64,000 bases of DNA from an uncultured Planctomycetales bacterium (GTDB lineage Bacteria > Omnitrophota > Gorgyraeia > Zapsychrales > Fredricksoniimonadaceae), in NCBI GenBank assembly GCA_964583975.1, contig CAZOXU010000010.1:9779-73778 (forward strand), in the 5' to 3' direction. This document shows positions 56,308 to 64,000 of the stretch, piece by piece (positions within the stretch are counted from its first letter, which is position 1; every line of letters begins with the position of its first letter). Made by a program: the position numbers and the translations under genes. Below the pieces are notes generated by a model. That model was not told the DNA's origin, made no database searches, and saw nothing but the letters and a program-made list of their open reading frames with translations.

Positions 56308-57684
56308 ATGTGTGGAATCGTTGGAGTCAGCCATCATAAGCAAGCCAGTCGGATCGCGTTTCTAGGCCTGTATGCGCTTCAGCATAGAGGAGAAGAAGCA
56401 GCTGGGATTGTTTCCTACGATGGCAAAGACACCCACGTACTTAAAAGAATTGGTTTGGCAACTGACCAATTTGATGAAGAAAATATCAGCAAACTTACCG
56501 GTCATATGGCAATCGCCCACACCCGTTACTCTACGACAGGTGGTTCACATTTAAAAAACGTACAACCGATCTTAGTTACTCATCGCAAAAAACCTATAGC
56601 CGTAGCACATAATGGTAATCTAACAAATACGGAAGAACTTTGTCATAGACTGGAAGAAGAAGGTTCTATTTTTCAGACTTCGATGGATTCAGAGGTTTTT
56701 GTTCATCTTCTTGCTAAAAGTCCTAATGGCGATTTAAAACGCTGGCTAGTTGATGTCTTTAGTCAGGTTAAAGGAGCCTTTTCCGTTGTTCTCTTGGTTG
56801 AAGATCATTTAATTGGAGTCAGAGATCCGCAAGGTTTTAGACCTTTATGTTTAGGCCAATTGGGGGACAGTTATATTCTGGCTTCTGAAAGCTGCGCATT
56901 TGATTTGATGAAAGCTGAATTTGTACGCGAGATCGAACCTGGTGAAATAGTGATGATTAAGGGTAATAAATTAGAATCCACATTTTTACCAGATGCCAAA
57001 AAGACCCGACGAGCCAGCTGCATATTTGAGAATGTTTATTTTGCAAGACCAGATAGCCATATTTTTGATGATAATGTTTACCAAGTCAGGAAACGTTTAG
57101 GACAGCAATTAGCCAAGGAACATCCAGCCCAAGCCGATTTTGTGATGGGGATCCCCGACTCAGGTAATTATGCAGCGATTGGTTATGCGCAAGAATTGAA
57201 ACTACCTTTTGAAATAGGAATGATCCGTAATCACTATATTGGCCGCACCTTCATCCAGCCGAGCCAGTTTATGCGTGAGTTTCGAGTACGCGTTAAGCTA
57301 AATCCTATTCGAGATTTGATTAAGGGCAAGAACGTTATTGTGGTAGAAGATTCAATCGTTCGAGGAACAACCTCCAGAAATCGTATCCAAGAAATTCGTA
57401 ATGCCGGGGCAAAATCCATTCACATGCGCATTTCTTGTCCACCGATCAAATGGCCATGTTTTTTTGGCATTGATTTTCCTTCAACCAAAGAACTAATTGC
57501 ACATAATAAAACTGTTAAAGAAATAGCTGATTTTATCGAGGTGGATTCCCTGGAGTATTTGAGTTTAGAAGGAATGACTTCGGTAATGAAAGACAAGGGA
57601 TTCTGTACGGCTTGCTTTACGGGAAATTATCCGATTGACGTCCCTAAGAACACCGATAAATTGAAATTAGAAGGTTGTAGGTAG
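56308..57684 (+). CDS. purF: amidophosphoribosyltransferase
   Basis: 458 aa with an N-terminal MCGIVG nucleophile and a PRTase domain. Possible 4Fe-4S cysteines (CPPIKWPCFFG ... CTAC). Confidence 0.92.
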   Translation: MCGIVGVSHHKQASRIAFLGLYALQHRGEEAAGIVSYDGKDTHVLKRIGLATDQFDEENISKLTGHMAIAHTRYSTTGGSHLKNVQPILVTHRKKPIAVAHNGNLTNTEELCHRLEEEGSIFQTSMDSEVFVHLLAKSPNGDLKRWLVDVFSQVKGAFSVVLLVEDHLIGVRDPQGFRPLCLGQLGDSYILASESCAFDLMKAEFVREIEPGEIVMIKGNKLESTFLPDAKKTRRASCIFENVYFARPDSHIFDDNVYQVRKRLGQQLAKEHPAQADFVMGIPDSGNYAAIGYAQELKLPFEIGMIRNHYIGRTFIQPSQFMREFRVRVKLNPIRDLIKGKNVIVVEDSIVRGTTSRNRIQEIRNAGAKSIHMRISCPPIKWPCFFGIDFPSTKELIAHNKTVKEIADFIEVDSLEYLSLEGMTSVMKDKGFCTACFTGNYPIDVPKNTDKLKLEGCR

Positions 57685-57735
57685 GGGCTGGGTGACCCAG
57701 CCCAATTAAAGGCGAGGAGACCTCGCCCGTACAGG
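57684..57735. repeat. REP-like element, family B, between purF and pyrG
   Basis: GGGGCTGGGTGACCCAGCCC, then aattaaa, then GGCGAGG-aga-CCTCGCC, then CGTACAGG. Confidence 0.75.
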
Positions 57736-57741
57736 TAGATT

Positions 57742-59349
57742 ATGAGTAAATATATTTTCGTCACAGGCGGGGTTGTTTCAAGTTTGGGTAAAGGTATTGC
57801 TGCTGCATCTTTAGCAAAATTGCTTGAAGCCCGAGGCCTCAAGATTGCCATCATTAAATGCGATCCATACCTTAACGTTGACCCAGGCACCATGAATCCT
57901 TTCCAACACGGGGAGGTTTATGTTACTGATGATGGAGCAGAGACCGACCTCGACTTAGGACACTATGAACGCTTTACCAATGCACGTCTTTCGAAAGACA
58001 GCAGCATCACAGCAGGTAAGGTTTACTATTCTGTCATCACCAAGGAACGCAAAGGCGATTACCTTGGTAAAACCGTTCAAATTATTCCGCATATCACTGA
58101 TGAAATCAAAGACCGCATCAAGAAGGTGGCTAAGGCCAATGATGTGGATATTACCATTGTTGAAATCGGAGGCACGGTTGGTGATATTGAAAGCCTTCCT
58201 TTCTTGGAAGCTATTCGTCAATTGCGTTGGGAGCTAGGTGAGAATTATGCACTTAATATTCATGTGACCTTACTGCCATTTATCAAATCAGCCGGTGAAC
58301 AGAAAACCAAACCAACTCAACATAGCGTCGGACGTCTGCGCGAAATAGGTATTATCCCCAATATTCTTTTATGTCGTACCGAGCGACCCATCACCCATGA
58401 ACAGCGTGAGAAGATTGCTTTGTTTTGTAATGTGGATGTCAAATCTGTTGTGGAAGCCTCCGATGTGAAACATATCTATGAAGTGCCTGCGAATTTGAAA
58501 AAAGGCGGGCTAGATGAATTGGTCTTAGAGAAATTGCATATTAAGTTGCCTGATAAGGGGCTAAAGTCTTGGGAAGAGGGCGTTCTTAAAAGATTACGAT
58601 CTCCCGAACACGAAGTGAAGATTGCAGTGGTAGGTAAATATATTTCGTTACAAGATGCTTATAAGTCTATCTATGAAGCGCTTGTACATGGGGGTATTGC
58701 TAATAATACAAAAGTCAACATTGTTAAGATTGATTCGGAAGATATTGAAAAAGGTGATCCCAAGAAACTTCTTAAAGGTATTCAAGGAATCCTTATTCCC
58801 GGTGGTTTTGGTAATCGTGGCATTGAAGGCAAGGTTAAGACAGTTGAATATGCCCGTAAACACAAGATACCATTTTTTGGGATCTGTTTAGGGATGCAAA
58901 TTGCTACGATTGAGTTTGCCCGTAATATTTGCGGTTTAAAGGGAGCTAACTCGACAGAATTTGATCGAGAAACCAAGTATCCTGTGATCAGTCTTTTGGA
59001 AGAACAAAAAGAAGTTAAAAATTTGGGTGCAACCATGCGTTTGGGAGTTTACGATTGCGAAATTCAAAAAGGCACCAAAAGCTCTGAAGCCTATAAAAAT
59101 CAAAAGATTTCTGAACGACATCGCCATCGTTATGAATTTAATAATGAGTACCGTTCACAATTAGAAGAAAAAGGATTTTTGATTGCTGGTCGAAATATTG
59201 ATAAAGATTTGGTTGAAATTATCGAGATCAAGGACCATCCTTGGTTTGTAGGTTGCCAATTTCATCCTGAATTTAAATCCAAACCAGACGTTGCCCATCC
59301 GTTGTTTAAAGCGTTTGTGGCAGCAGCCTTGGGGCAACCCAGAAAATAG
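57742..59349 (+). CDS. pyrG: CTP synthase
   Basis: 535 aa with an N-terminal synthetase domain ([16 protein letters not shown]) and a C-terminal GATase (GICLGMQ). Confidence 0.95.
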   Translation: MSKYIFVTGGVVSSLGKGIAAASLAKLLEARGLKIAIIKCDPYLNVDPGTMNPFQHGEVYVTDDGAETDLDLGHYERFTNARLSKDSSITAGKVYYSVITKERKGDYLGKTVQIIPHITDEIKDRIKKVAKANDVDITIVEIGGTVGDIESLPFLEAIRQLRWELGENYALNIHVTLLPFIKSAGEQKTKPTQHSVGRLREIGIIPNILLCRTERPITHEQREKIALFCNVDVKSVVEASDVKHIYEVPANLKKGGLDELVLEKLHIKLPDKGLKSWEEGVLKRLRSPEHEVKIAVVGKYISLQDAYKSIYEALVHGGIANNTKVNIVKIDSEDIEKGDPKKLLKGIQGILIPGGFGNRGIEGKVKTVEYARKHKIPFFGICLGMQIATIEFARNICGLKGANSTEFDRETKYPVISLLEEQKEVKNLGATMRLGVYDCEIQKGTKSSEAYKNQKISERHRHRYEFNNEYRSQLEEKGFLIAGRNIDKDLVEIIEIKDHPWFVGCQFHPEFKSKPDVAHPLFKAFVAAALGQPRK

Positions 59350-59361
59350 TTGATGATTTAT

Positions 59362-59443
59362 GCGCGGGTGGCGGAATTGGTATACGCGCACGTTTGAGGG
59401 GCGTGTGCCGCAAGGCTTGAGGGTTCAACTCCCTCCCCGCGCA
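59362..59443 (+). tRNA. tRNA-Leu (anticodon GAG), class II with a long variable arm
   Basis: Manual fold. Acceptor GCGCGGG/CCCGCGC with discriminator A. D-arm GCG-GAATTGGTATA-CGC. Anticodon stem CACGT/GCGTG with loop TTGAGGG, giving anticodon GAG. 13 nt variable arm TGCCGCAAGGCTT. T-arm GAGGG-TTCAACT-CCCTC. No encoded CCA. Confidence 0.8.
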
Positions 59444-59455
59444 CTGTATAAAAAT

Positions 59456-59737
59456 ATGCATTACGTTTACGTATTAAGAAGTATTAAAAATCAAAGACGT
59501 TATGTAGGAAGTACGGGGTTATTGCCTGAAGAACGTTGTCGAGAGCATAATGCGGGCGCTAGTAGGTGGACAAAAGGCAATCGTCCATTTGTTTTAATGT
59601 ATCAAGAAAGCTATTCGACAAATACAGAAGCACGGAAACGTGAGAATTTTCTAAAAAGTGGGGTAGGAAGGAAATTCTTAGATAGCCTTTTAAATCATGA
59701 AAGGGTTTCCGCCGAAGGCGGATCAGCCTCTGGCTGA
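59456..59737 (+). CDS. GIY-YIG nuclease superfamily small protein (UPF0213/YhbQ-like)
   Basis: 93 aa from the ATG at 59456 with the GIY-YIG core (YVYVLRS ... RYVGSTGLL ... R..EHN). The ORF-track N-terminal extension runs over the tRNA and is not credible. Confidence 0.7.
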   Translation: MHYVYVLRSIKNQRRYVGSTGLLPEERCREHNAGASRWTKGNRPFVLMYQESYSTNTEARKRENFLKSGVGRKFLDSLLNHERVSAEGGSASG

Positions 59738-59757
59738 CAACTCCCTCCCCGCGCACT
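59738..59757 (+). repeat. 20 bp direct repeat of the tRNA-Leu 3' end (att-like duplication)
   Basis: CAACTCCCTCCCCGCGCACT is identical to 59426-59445 within the tRNA. It begins immediately after the GIY-YIG stop codon and is preceded by a variable-arm-like hairpin CCGCCGAAGGCGG. Confidence 0.8.
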
Positions 59758-59764
59758 CTGCTTC

Positions 59765-59802
59765 GCTCCAACTGTTGTCTTGCGACAGCAAGACGTTGGA
59801 GC
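59765..59802 (+). promoter_or_regulatory. long near-perfect hairpin upstream of rpe
   Basis: GCTCCAAC-TGTTGTCTTGC-gaca-GCAAGAC-G-TTGGAGC. A candidate terminator/insulator between the tRNA/GIY-YIG unit and rpe, with no strong T-run. Confidence 0.4.
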
Positions 59803-59828
59803 TTCGCAGAAATAAACCAGGTAAACTT

Positions 59829-60539
59829 ATGGCAAAACCGATTGAAGTATCTGCAAGTATCCTTGCTGCTGATTTTGCAAATCTAGCTCGCGATATCAAG
59901 CGTTCTGAAGAATTTGGTGTCGATCGTTTTCATGTAGATTGTATGGATGGCCATTTTGTACCTAACATGACTATTGGTCCAATCATTATCCAAGCCATGC
60001 GTGGGTATACCCAATTACCCATCGAAGCTCATTTGATGATTGAAAACCCTTGGAATTATATTGAACATTATGCCAAGGCAGGTGCGGATATTATTCAAAT
60101 TCAAGTCGAGTGTTATGGGCTTCGTCGTCCGAATTGCCGCCAATTTGGTCAGTGGCCTAAGGAAATAGATGTGGTGGATATTGACGGTGATTTATTAATT
60201 GCTGATTTAAGAAAAATTCGTGCTTTAGGAAAAAAGGCTTTTATTGTAGTCAATCCAGGTACGCCGCTATTTAAGGAAATATTACCTGAGTGCGATGGCG
60301 TATTGATCATGTCTGTTAATCCAGGCTTTGCGGGGCAGAAATTTATTCCTACCGTTTTACCTAAGTTAGAAGAACTTAAAAAAAGTTTTAAGGGTGATAT
60401 TGCGATCGATGGTGGCATCAATGACCAAACAGCGCCTGGCGCCGTTGGGGCAGGAGCCAGGGTTTTGATCACAGCCAGCTATTTGTATGGAGCCTCAAAC
60501 CCTAAAGAAGTCGTTGCCTCTCTAAAGCGCCTCAATTAG
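59829..60539 (+). CDS. rpe: ribulose-phosphate 3-epimerase
   Basis: 236 aa from MAKPIEVSASILAADF with Rpe motifs (HVDCMDGHFVPN, metal His/Asp). It has a roughly 20 aa insertion (CYGLRRPNCRQFGQWPKEIDV) relative to typical Rpe. The ORF-track start at 59697 reads through the upstream repeat. Confidence 0.85.
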   Translation: MAKPIEVSASILAADFANLARDIKRSEEFGVDRFHVDCMDGHFVPNMTIGPIIIQAMRGYTQLPIEAHLMIENPWNYIEHYAKAGADIIQIQVECYGLRRPNCRQFGQWPKEIDVVDIDGDLLIADLRKIRALGKKAFIVVNPGTPLFKEILPECDGVLIMSVNPGFAGQKFIPTVLPKLEELKKSFKGDIAIDGGINDQTAPGAVGAGARVLITASYLYGASNPKEVVASLKRLN

Positions 60540-60575
60540 CTCACAGGCTGATTGTGTGGTATATTTACTATATCT

Positions 60576-61838
60576 ATGAGACTTTTTAAATTTAAGAATC
60601 CCACGGGACAAACGGTTTTGGAATATATGCTGATTTTAGCTGTCGTGGGAGTGATTGTTCTTTCCAGCTTCGCCTTTCTTGTCCCTCGAGTGAATAAAAG
60701 CTCAGAAGGATATTATAATTCTGTCTCACGCGTCATGATGGGAGAGGATCCTCAACCTATTAATGGGGGTTGGTGTCCTGTTGCAGCATCCAATATGCAA
60801 GCTGGCGCGGCGGACAATGCTACTATCTATCGAACATGTGAATGCCCGGCACCAGCTTTTGGCGGGGCTTATTGTGATCCTACCGATAGTTTTAATGGAA
60901 ATAATGTAAGTTGCTTAGGGGCAAGCTGTACTCCTACAGGCACATGTGTGCCTCAATGTGCAGGTAAACAATGTGGTCCCGATGGCTGTGGGGGCAATTG
61001 CGGATTTTGTTCTTCCGTACAATCGTGCACCGCAACGGGGCAATGCTTGTGTCCTAGTTTTGCTTGTAGTAGTCCTATCAATTCAGTACCTAATGCCACG
61101 TGTACTTCTTGTATCTGTCCACAGTATTCTACTTATAATGCGGGACCACCAGCCAGTTGCGATTATCCAAGCACCTTGGTTTGTCCCCCAGGCACAGGCT
61201 TAATTCCAAATGCCACCAACACAGATTGCATTTGTCCACAATATTCATACTGGAATTTTCAAACTCATCGATGTGTTTATCCTAGCTTCCCTTGGAATTG
61301 TCCTAATAATTTGATCCCTAATCCTTATTTTGATCCGAATGCGGCCGCAGGTACTCCAAATAGTTTCGCCTGCATTTGTCCATTAGGGTCTACTTATAAT
61401 TCAGTAGATAATAGTTGTCATTATGCTCCTATAGTGTGTGATCCATCTAAAAATTGGGCCCCTGATCCAACCGGAACACAATGTTGGTGCTATAGCGGTT
61501 TTTATTATGATTGCACATCAGACAGTTGTGTTTTTGGAACTCCACCGGATTGTCCTGCTGCATGCTCTGGAAACAATTGTGGCTGTGCACCCAATGGCTG
61601 TAGTTGCGGTACATGTGGAGCAAACTCGACTTGTTCGTCTTCCTCATCACCAGGACAGTGCAGTTTAATTTGCACAACCCAAAGCGTAAATACATCCCAA
61701 TGTGGTAGTGCGACCATGCCTGGGGCTAATAATGGAAACAATAGTACGGGTCAATGTCCTTTTGGATGTACGGGAACAATTACTGCGGTATGCAACAACG
61801 GGACGTTTAGTATTACGACAGATACCTGCCATCCCTAA
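60576..61838 (+). CDS. Flp/prepilin-like N-terminal leader fused to a large cysteine-rich extracellular domain
   Basis: From MRLFKFKNPTG|QTVLEYMLILAVVGVIVL (G-x4-EY prepilin/Flp-type processing motif plus a hydrophobic helix), followed by roughly 390 aa with about 60 Cys and recurring CICPQYS(T/Y)(Y/W)N modules, N/S/T/P-rich. Coordinates follow the ORF track. My line-based reading of the first codons is offset by 1 nt, so the start codon needs confirmation. Confidence 0.6.
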   Translation: MRLFKFKNPTGQTVLEYMLILAVVGVIVLSSFAFLVPRVNKSSEGYYNSVSRVMMGEDPQPINGGWCPVAASNMQAGAADNATIYRTCECPAPAFGGAYCDPTDSFNGNNVSCLGASCTPTGTCVPQCAGKQCGPDGCGGNCGFCSSVQSCTATGQCLCPSFACSSPINSVPNATCTSCICPQYSTYNAGPPASCDYPSTLVCPPGTGLIPNATNTDCICPQYSYWNFQTHRCVYPSFPWNCPNNLIPNPYFDPNAAAGTPNSFACICPLGSTYNSVDNSCHYAPIVCDPSKNWAPDPTGTQCWCYSGFYYDCTSDSCVFGTPPDCPAACSGNNCGCAPNGCSCGTCGANSTCSSSSSPGQCSLICTTQSVNTSQCGSATMPGANNGNNSTGQCPFGCTGTITAVCNNGTFSITTDTCHP

Positions 61839-61855
61839 TAGAATTTGGGGTTCTT

Positions 61856-62785
61856 CTAGCCTTTACGTTGATTTCTTACAAATACACTCTTTTCAATACT
61901 CTTAGCGTACTTCTTAAGCTCTGCTCCAATTTCACCTATTTGAGCCACATGAGAGATATTGTTGGCTACATTACTTACAATACCAATAGAGACGGAAACA
62001 AAACCTGTTTTGACTTCTTGACCTTGACGGTCTTTACCTATAATAAAGCCAGCATTACGATCAGCCTCGTTGTAAAAAGAAGGGGAAGCTTTATCAAAGC
62101 TTTCCACGATTTTCTGAGAGACGGCATCAGCCTTACTATCATCACAAACAAAAACAAAATCATCACCGCCGATATGACCTATAAAAGCTTCAGTCCCACA
62201 AATTTCTTGGGTTGATTCAATAAGGACGCGAGCAGTTTGACGAATGACTTCATCGCCGTGTTCAAACCCATACTTATCGTTGTAGATTTTAAATTTATCT
62301 AAATCCACATAACCAACAGCAAAAGATTTCTTTGAGTCAATTCGGTTTTGTAATTCATCCATAATGGAAGTATTGCCAGGAAGATGAGTTAAGGGATTGG
62401 CATCTAAAGAACGATTGGTTCTTTTTAAAATCATGCGGATACGTGCAAGCAAGGTTTCAGGTTCAAAAGGTTTAATTAGGTAATCATCCACGCCAGATTC
62501 AATACCAGTGACCATATCCTTGGTGTCTCCGCGGCCAGTGAGCATAATGACGGGAAGATGGGCTAAAAGAACATCTTTTCTAAGATTGCGACAAAATTCA
62601 AGACCATCCATCACAGGCATATTGTAATCCGTAATGATGATGTCAGGGTTCTTGGTTTTAACAAGCTCAAGACCTTCTTTGCCATTAGGAGCAGAAATTA
62701 CGTTAAAGGTTTCAGACAATGTTAGGTTTAAGACGTCTAAAATATCAGGATCATCGTCAATAATAAGTACTTTTTCTTTGCGCAT
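61856..62785 (-). CDS. response regulator with REC + GGDEF-family domain (signature GGDDF)
   Basis: 309 aa with a REC domain (VLIIDDDPDILD ... D at ITDYNMPVMDG) and a GGDEF domain (DLDKFKIYND ... GHIGGDDFVFV). The fourth signature residue is Asp rather than Glu. Confidence 0.8.
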   Translation of the reverse strand: MRKEKVLIIDDDPDILDVLNLTLSETFNVISAPNGKEGLELVKTKNPDIIITDYNMPVMDGLEFCRNLRKDVLLAHLPVIMLTGRGDTKDMVTGIESGVDDYLIKPFEPETLLARIRMILKRTNRSLDANPLTHLPGNTSIMDELQNRIDSKKSFAVGYVDLDKFKIYNDKYGFEHGDEVIRQTARVLIESTQEICGTEAFIGHIGGDDFVFVCDDSKADAVSQKIVESFDKASPSFYNEADRNAGFIIGKDRQGQEVKTGFVSVSIGIVSNVANNISHVAQIGEIGAELKKYAKSIEKSVFVRNQRKG

Positions 62786-62787
62786 AA

Positions 62788-64000
62788 TTATCCTTCGGGT
62801 GCAAGGAGGGTATTTGTTTTAATTTTATCAAAAGCCTCTTTGGTGGTTGGTAAGGTAAAACTAAAGGTCGTGCCTACGCCGACTTGGCTTTTAACCCAGA
62901 TTTTGCCTTGATGGGCTAAAACAATATCACGGGCCAAGACAAGCCCGAGACCGGTTCCTTTGACTTTTTGGTTAATATCATTTTCTGCTCGAAAGAATTC
63001 TGTAAACAATTTATCTATATCCGCAGGGGTCATTCCTATCCCCGAGTCAGTGACTTGAAAAGTTACAAAACCCGCATGCAAAAGCGGCAACGAAGAAATG
63101 GTGATCAAGCCGCCTTTTGGTGTAAATTTAATGGCATTGCTCAGTAAGTTTATAAAAACGCGCTCAGCTTGAGAAATGTCCACATAAAAATCTTGATATT
63201 GAGGGGCGAGTTCGATTTTTAACTTTATTTCCTTGGCCGTAGCTTGAGGTGTTAACAGATCAACAATACCCTCTAGGGTTGTTGTAATTTTTCGCGATTC
63301 AAAATGCATGTCCACCCGACCAGATTCAATACGAGCGATATCCAGCAAATTGTTGATCAGGTTGACCAAATTATCTGAGTGCAGGTTAATTTTAGCTAAG
63401 CGGTCCTTGACTGCGACAGGAATATCGCCAATTTTGCCAGCCAAAAGAATGGCTGCATAACCTTTGATCGAAGTTAAAGGTGTGCGCAACTCATGCGAAA
63501 CAGCAGAAATAAATTCGGTCTTCTTACGGTTAATTTCTTCGACCTGAGACAAGGCTGAGGCCAATTGTTTGGTACGGTCCTTGACCTTGATTTCGAGCTC
63601 CTGGCTTGAGCGAAACACTTGGTCTAAAAGTTGAGAGTTTTCAATGGCTTGGCCAATTTGTCCCGCTAAGATGCTAATAAGTTCTTCATCAGCCTGGGTG
63701 ATAGGAACAGCCGCACGACGGTTTCCCACAAAGATAAAACCCAGCGTTCCAGTTTGGGTTACGATAGGTGAAAGGATGCAATCTTCGGTTTCAAAGATTT
63801 GTATTAATTTGTCTTTGGCTTTGCGTGAAGCATTGATCGAAGAAAGTGTAAGGCCTTCATCGAGAGCTGTTTTAAGCGAAGCTTCACTCATCACAGCTTG
63901 GACTGTGGAAGCAATTTTAGTGTCCTCAAAGCCAATATGGATGCGGGCTTTGGGGGTCCGATTTTCATCATTGGCAACGATCAAGGTCATGGCAAATCCC
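62788..64000 (-). CDS. sensor histidine kinase (GAF - HisKA - HATPase_c), probably 5'-truncated by the window end
   Basis: HisKA H-box (FISAVSHELRTPL), N/G1/G2 boxes (LLSNAIKF, DSGIGM, GTGLGL). The ORF-track start at 63990 begins inside a GAF-like region, so the N-terminus probably lies beyond position 64000. Confidence 0.8.
   Translation of the reverse strand, partial: GFAMTLIVANDENRTPKARIHIGFEDTKIASTVQAVMSEASLKTALDEGLTLSSINASRKAKDKLIQIFETEDCILSPIVTQTGTLGFIFVGNRRAAVPITQADEELISILAGQIGQAIENSQLLDQVFRSSQELEIKVKDRTKQLASALSQVEEINRKKTEFISAVSHELRTPLTSIKGYAAILLAGKIGDIPVAVKDRLAKINLHSDNLVNLINNLLDIARIESGRVDMHFESRKITTTLEGIVDLLTPQATAKEIKLKIELAPQYQDFYVDISQAERVFINLLSNAIKFTPKGGLITISSLPLLHAGFVTFQVTDSGIGMTPADIDKLFTEFFRAENDINQKVKGTGLGLVLARDIVLAHQGKIWVKSQVGVGTTFSFTLPTTKEAFDKIKTNTLLAPEG

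Noticed and set aside
59360-59455. N-terminal 32 codons of the ORF-track ORF 59360..59737 (MRGWRNWYTRTFEGRVPQGLRVQLPPRALYKN)
   Set aside because: This stretch is the tRNA-Leu gene read as protein. The GIY-YIG CDS is taken to start at the ATG at 59456.
59697-59828. N-terminal 44 codons of the rpe ORF in the track
   Set aside because: This reads through the duplicated tRNA 3' end and the hairpin at 59765-59802. Conserved Rpe sequence begins at MAKPIEV (59829).
60946-61741. Overlapping small ORFs on both strands inside the Cys-rich gene (60946..61203, 61438..61668, 61447..61695, 61505..61741)
   Set aside because: They are alternative frames of a compositionally biased Cys/Gly/Asn-rich coding region. 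The long + frame with the prepilin-like leader is the coherent reading.
1-64000. CRISPR arrays, rRNA genes, integrase or transposase genes
   Set aside because: No regularly spaced direct repeats with unique spacers were seen, and no rRNA-like conserved blocks. None of the ORF translations resemble tyrosine or serine recombinases or DDE transposases. The only mobile-type protein signatures are GIY-YIG, ORF6N and the toxin-antitoxin components.

Overview
This is a 64 kb chromosomal window from a moderately AT-rich bacterium, roughly 40-45% GC by eye, with no rRNA and no CRISPR array. The backbone is housekeeping. Complex I is split into two convergent halves: nuoB(partial)-C-D-E-F-G-H-I on the + strand (1-7226) and nuoJ-K-L-M-N on the - strand (15293-21032). 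An accessory insert of about 8 kb sits between them: an ORF6N/KilA-N-like gene, sixA, and three tandem paralogous secreted beta-helix-like proteins. Downstream is a gene for a GAF-GAF-ANTAR antitermination-type regulator read from a leaderless sigma70-like promoter, a HigB/HigA-like toxin-antitoxin pair, and a 1606 aa secreted protein that carries an internal domain duplication and two in-frame insertions of GC-rich palindromic repeat elements. A zeta-toxin-like P-loop ATPase with a small overlapping ORF follows. The nitrogen assimilation cluster is amtB-glnK, type III glutamine synthetase, a class I amidotransferase, nadE and gltBD. The amtB and glnA leaders contain terminator-like hairpins, consistent with ANTAR control. 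Further along are a GT2/GT-C/TPR glycosylation module, glpK-glpD, a methyltransferase, ridA, gpx, a receiver protein, carAB-purF-pyrG, a tRNA-Leu(GAG) followed by a GIY-YIG gene bracketed by a 20 bp duplication of the tRNA 3' end, rpe, an Flp-prepilin-like leader fused to a roughly 390 aa cysteine-rich domain, a REC-GGDEF regulator and a GAF histidine kinase. Several families of short GC-rich palindromic repeats (REP-like, with GTAG/GTAC heads) and covarying hairpins are scattered through intergenic regions and, unusually, inside coding sequence. Line-based coordinates within repeats may be off by about 1 nt.
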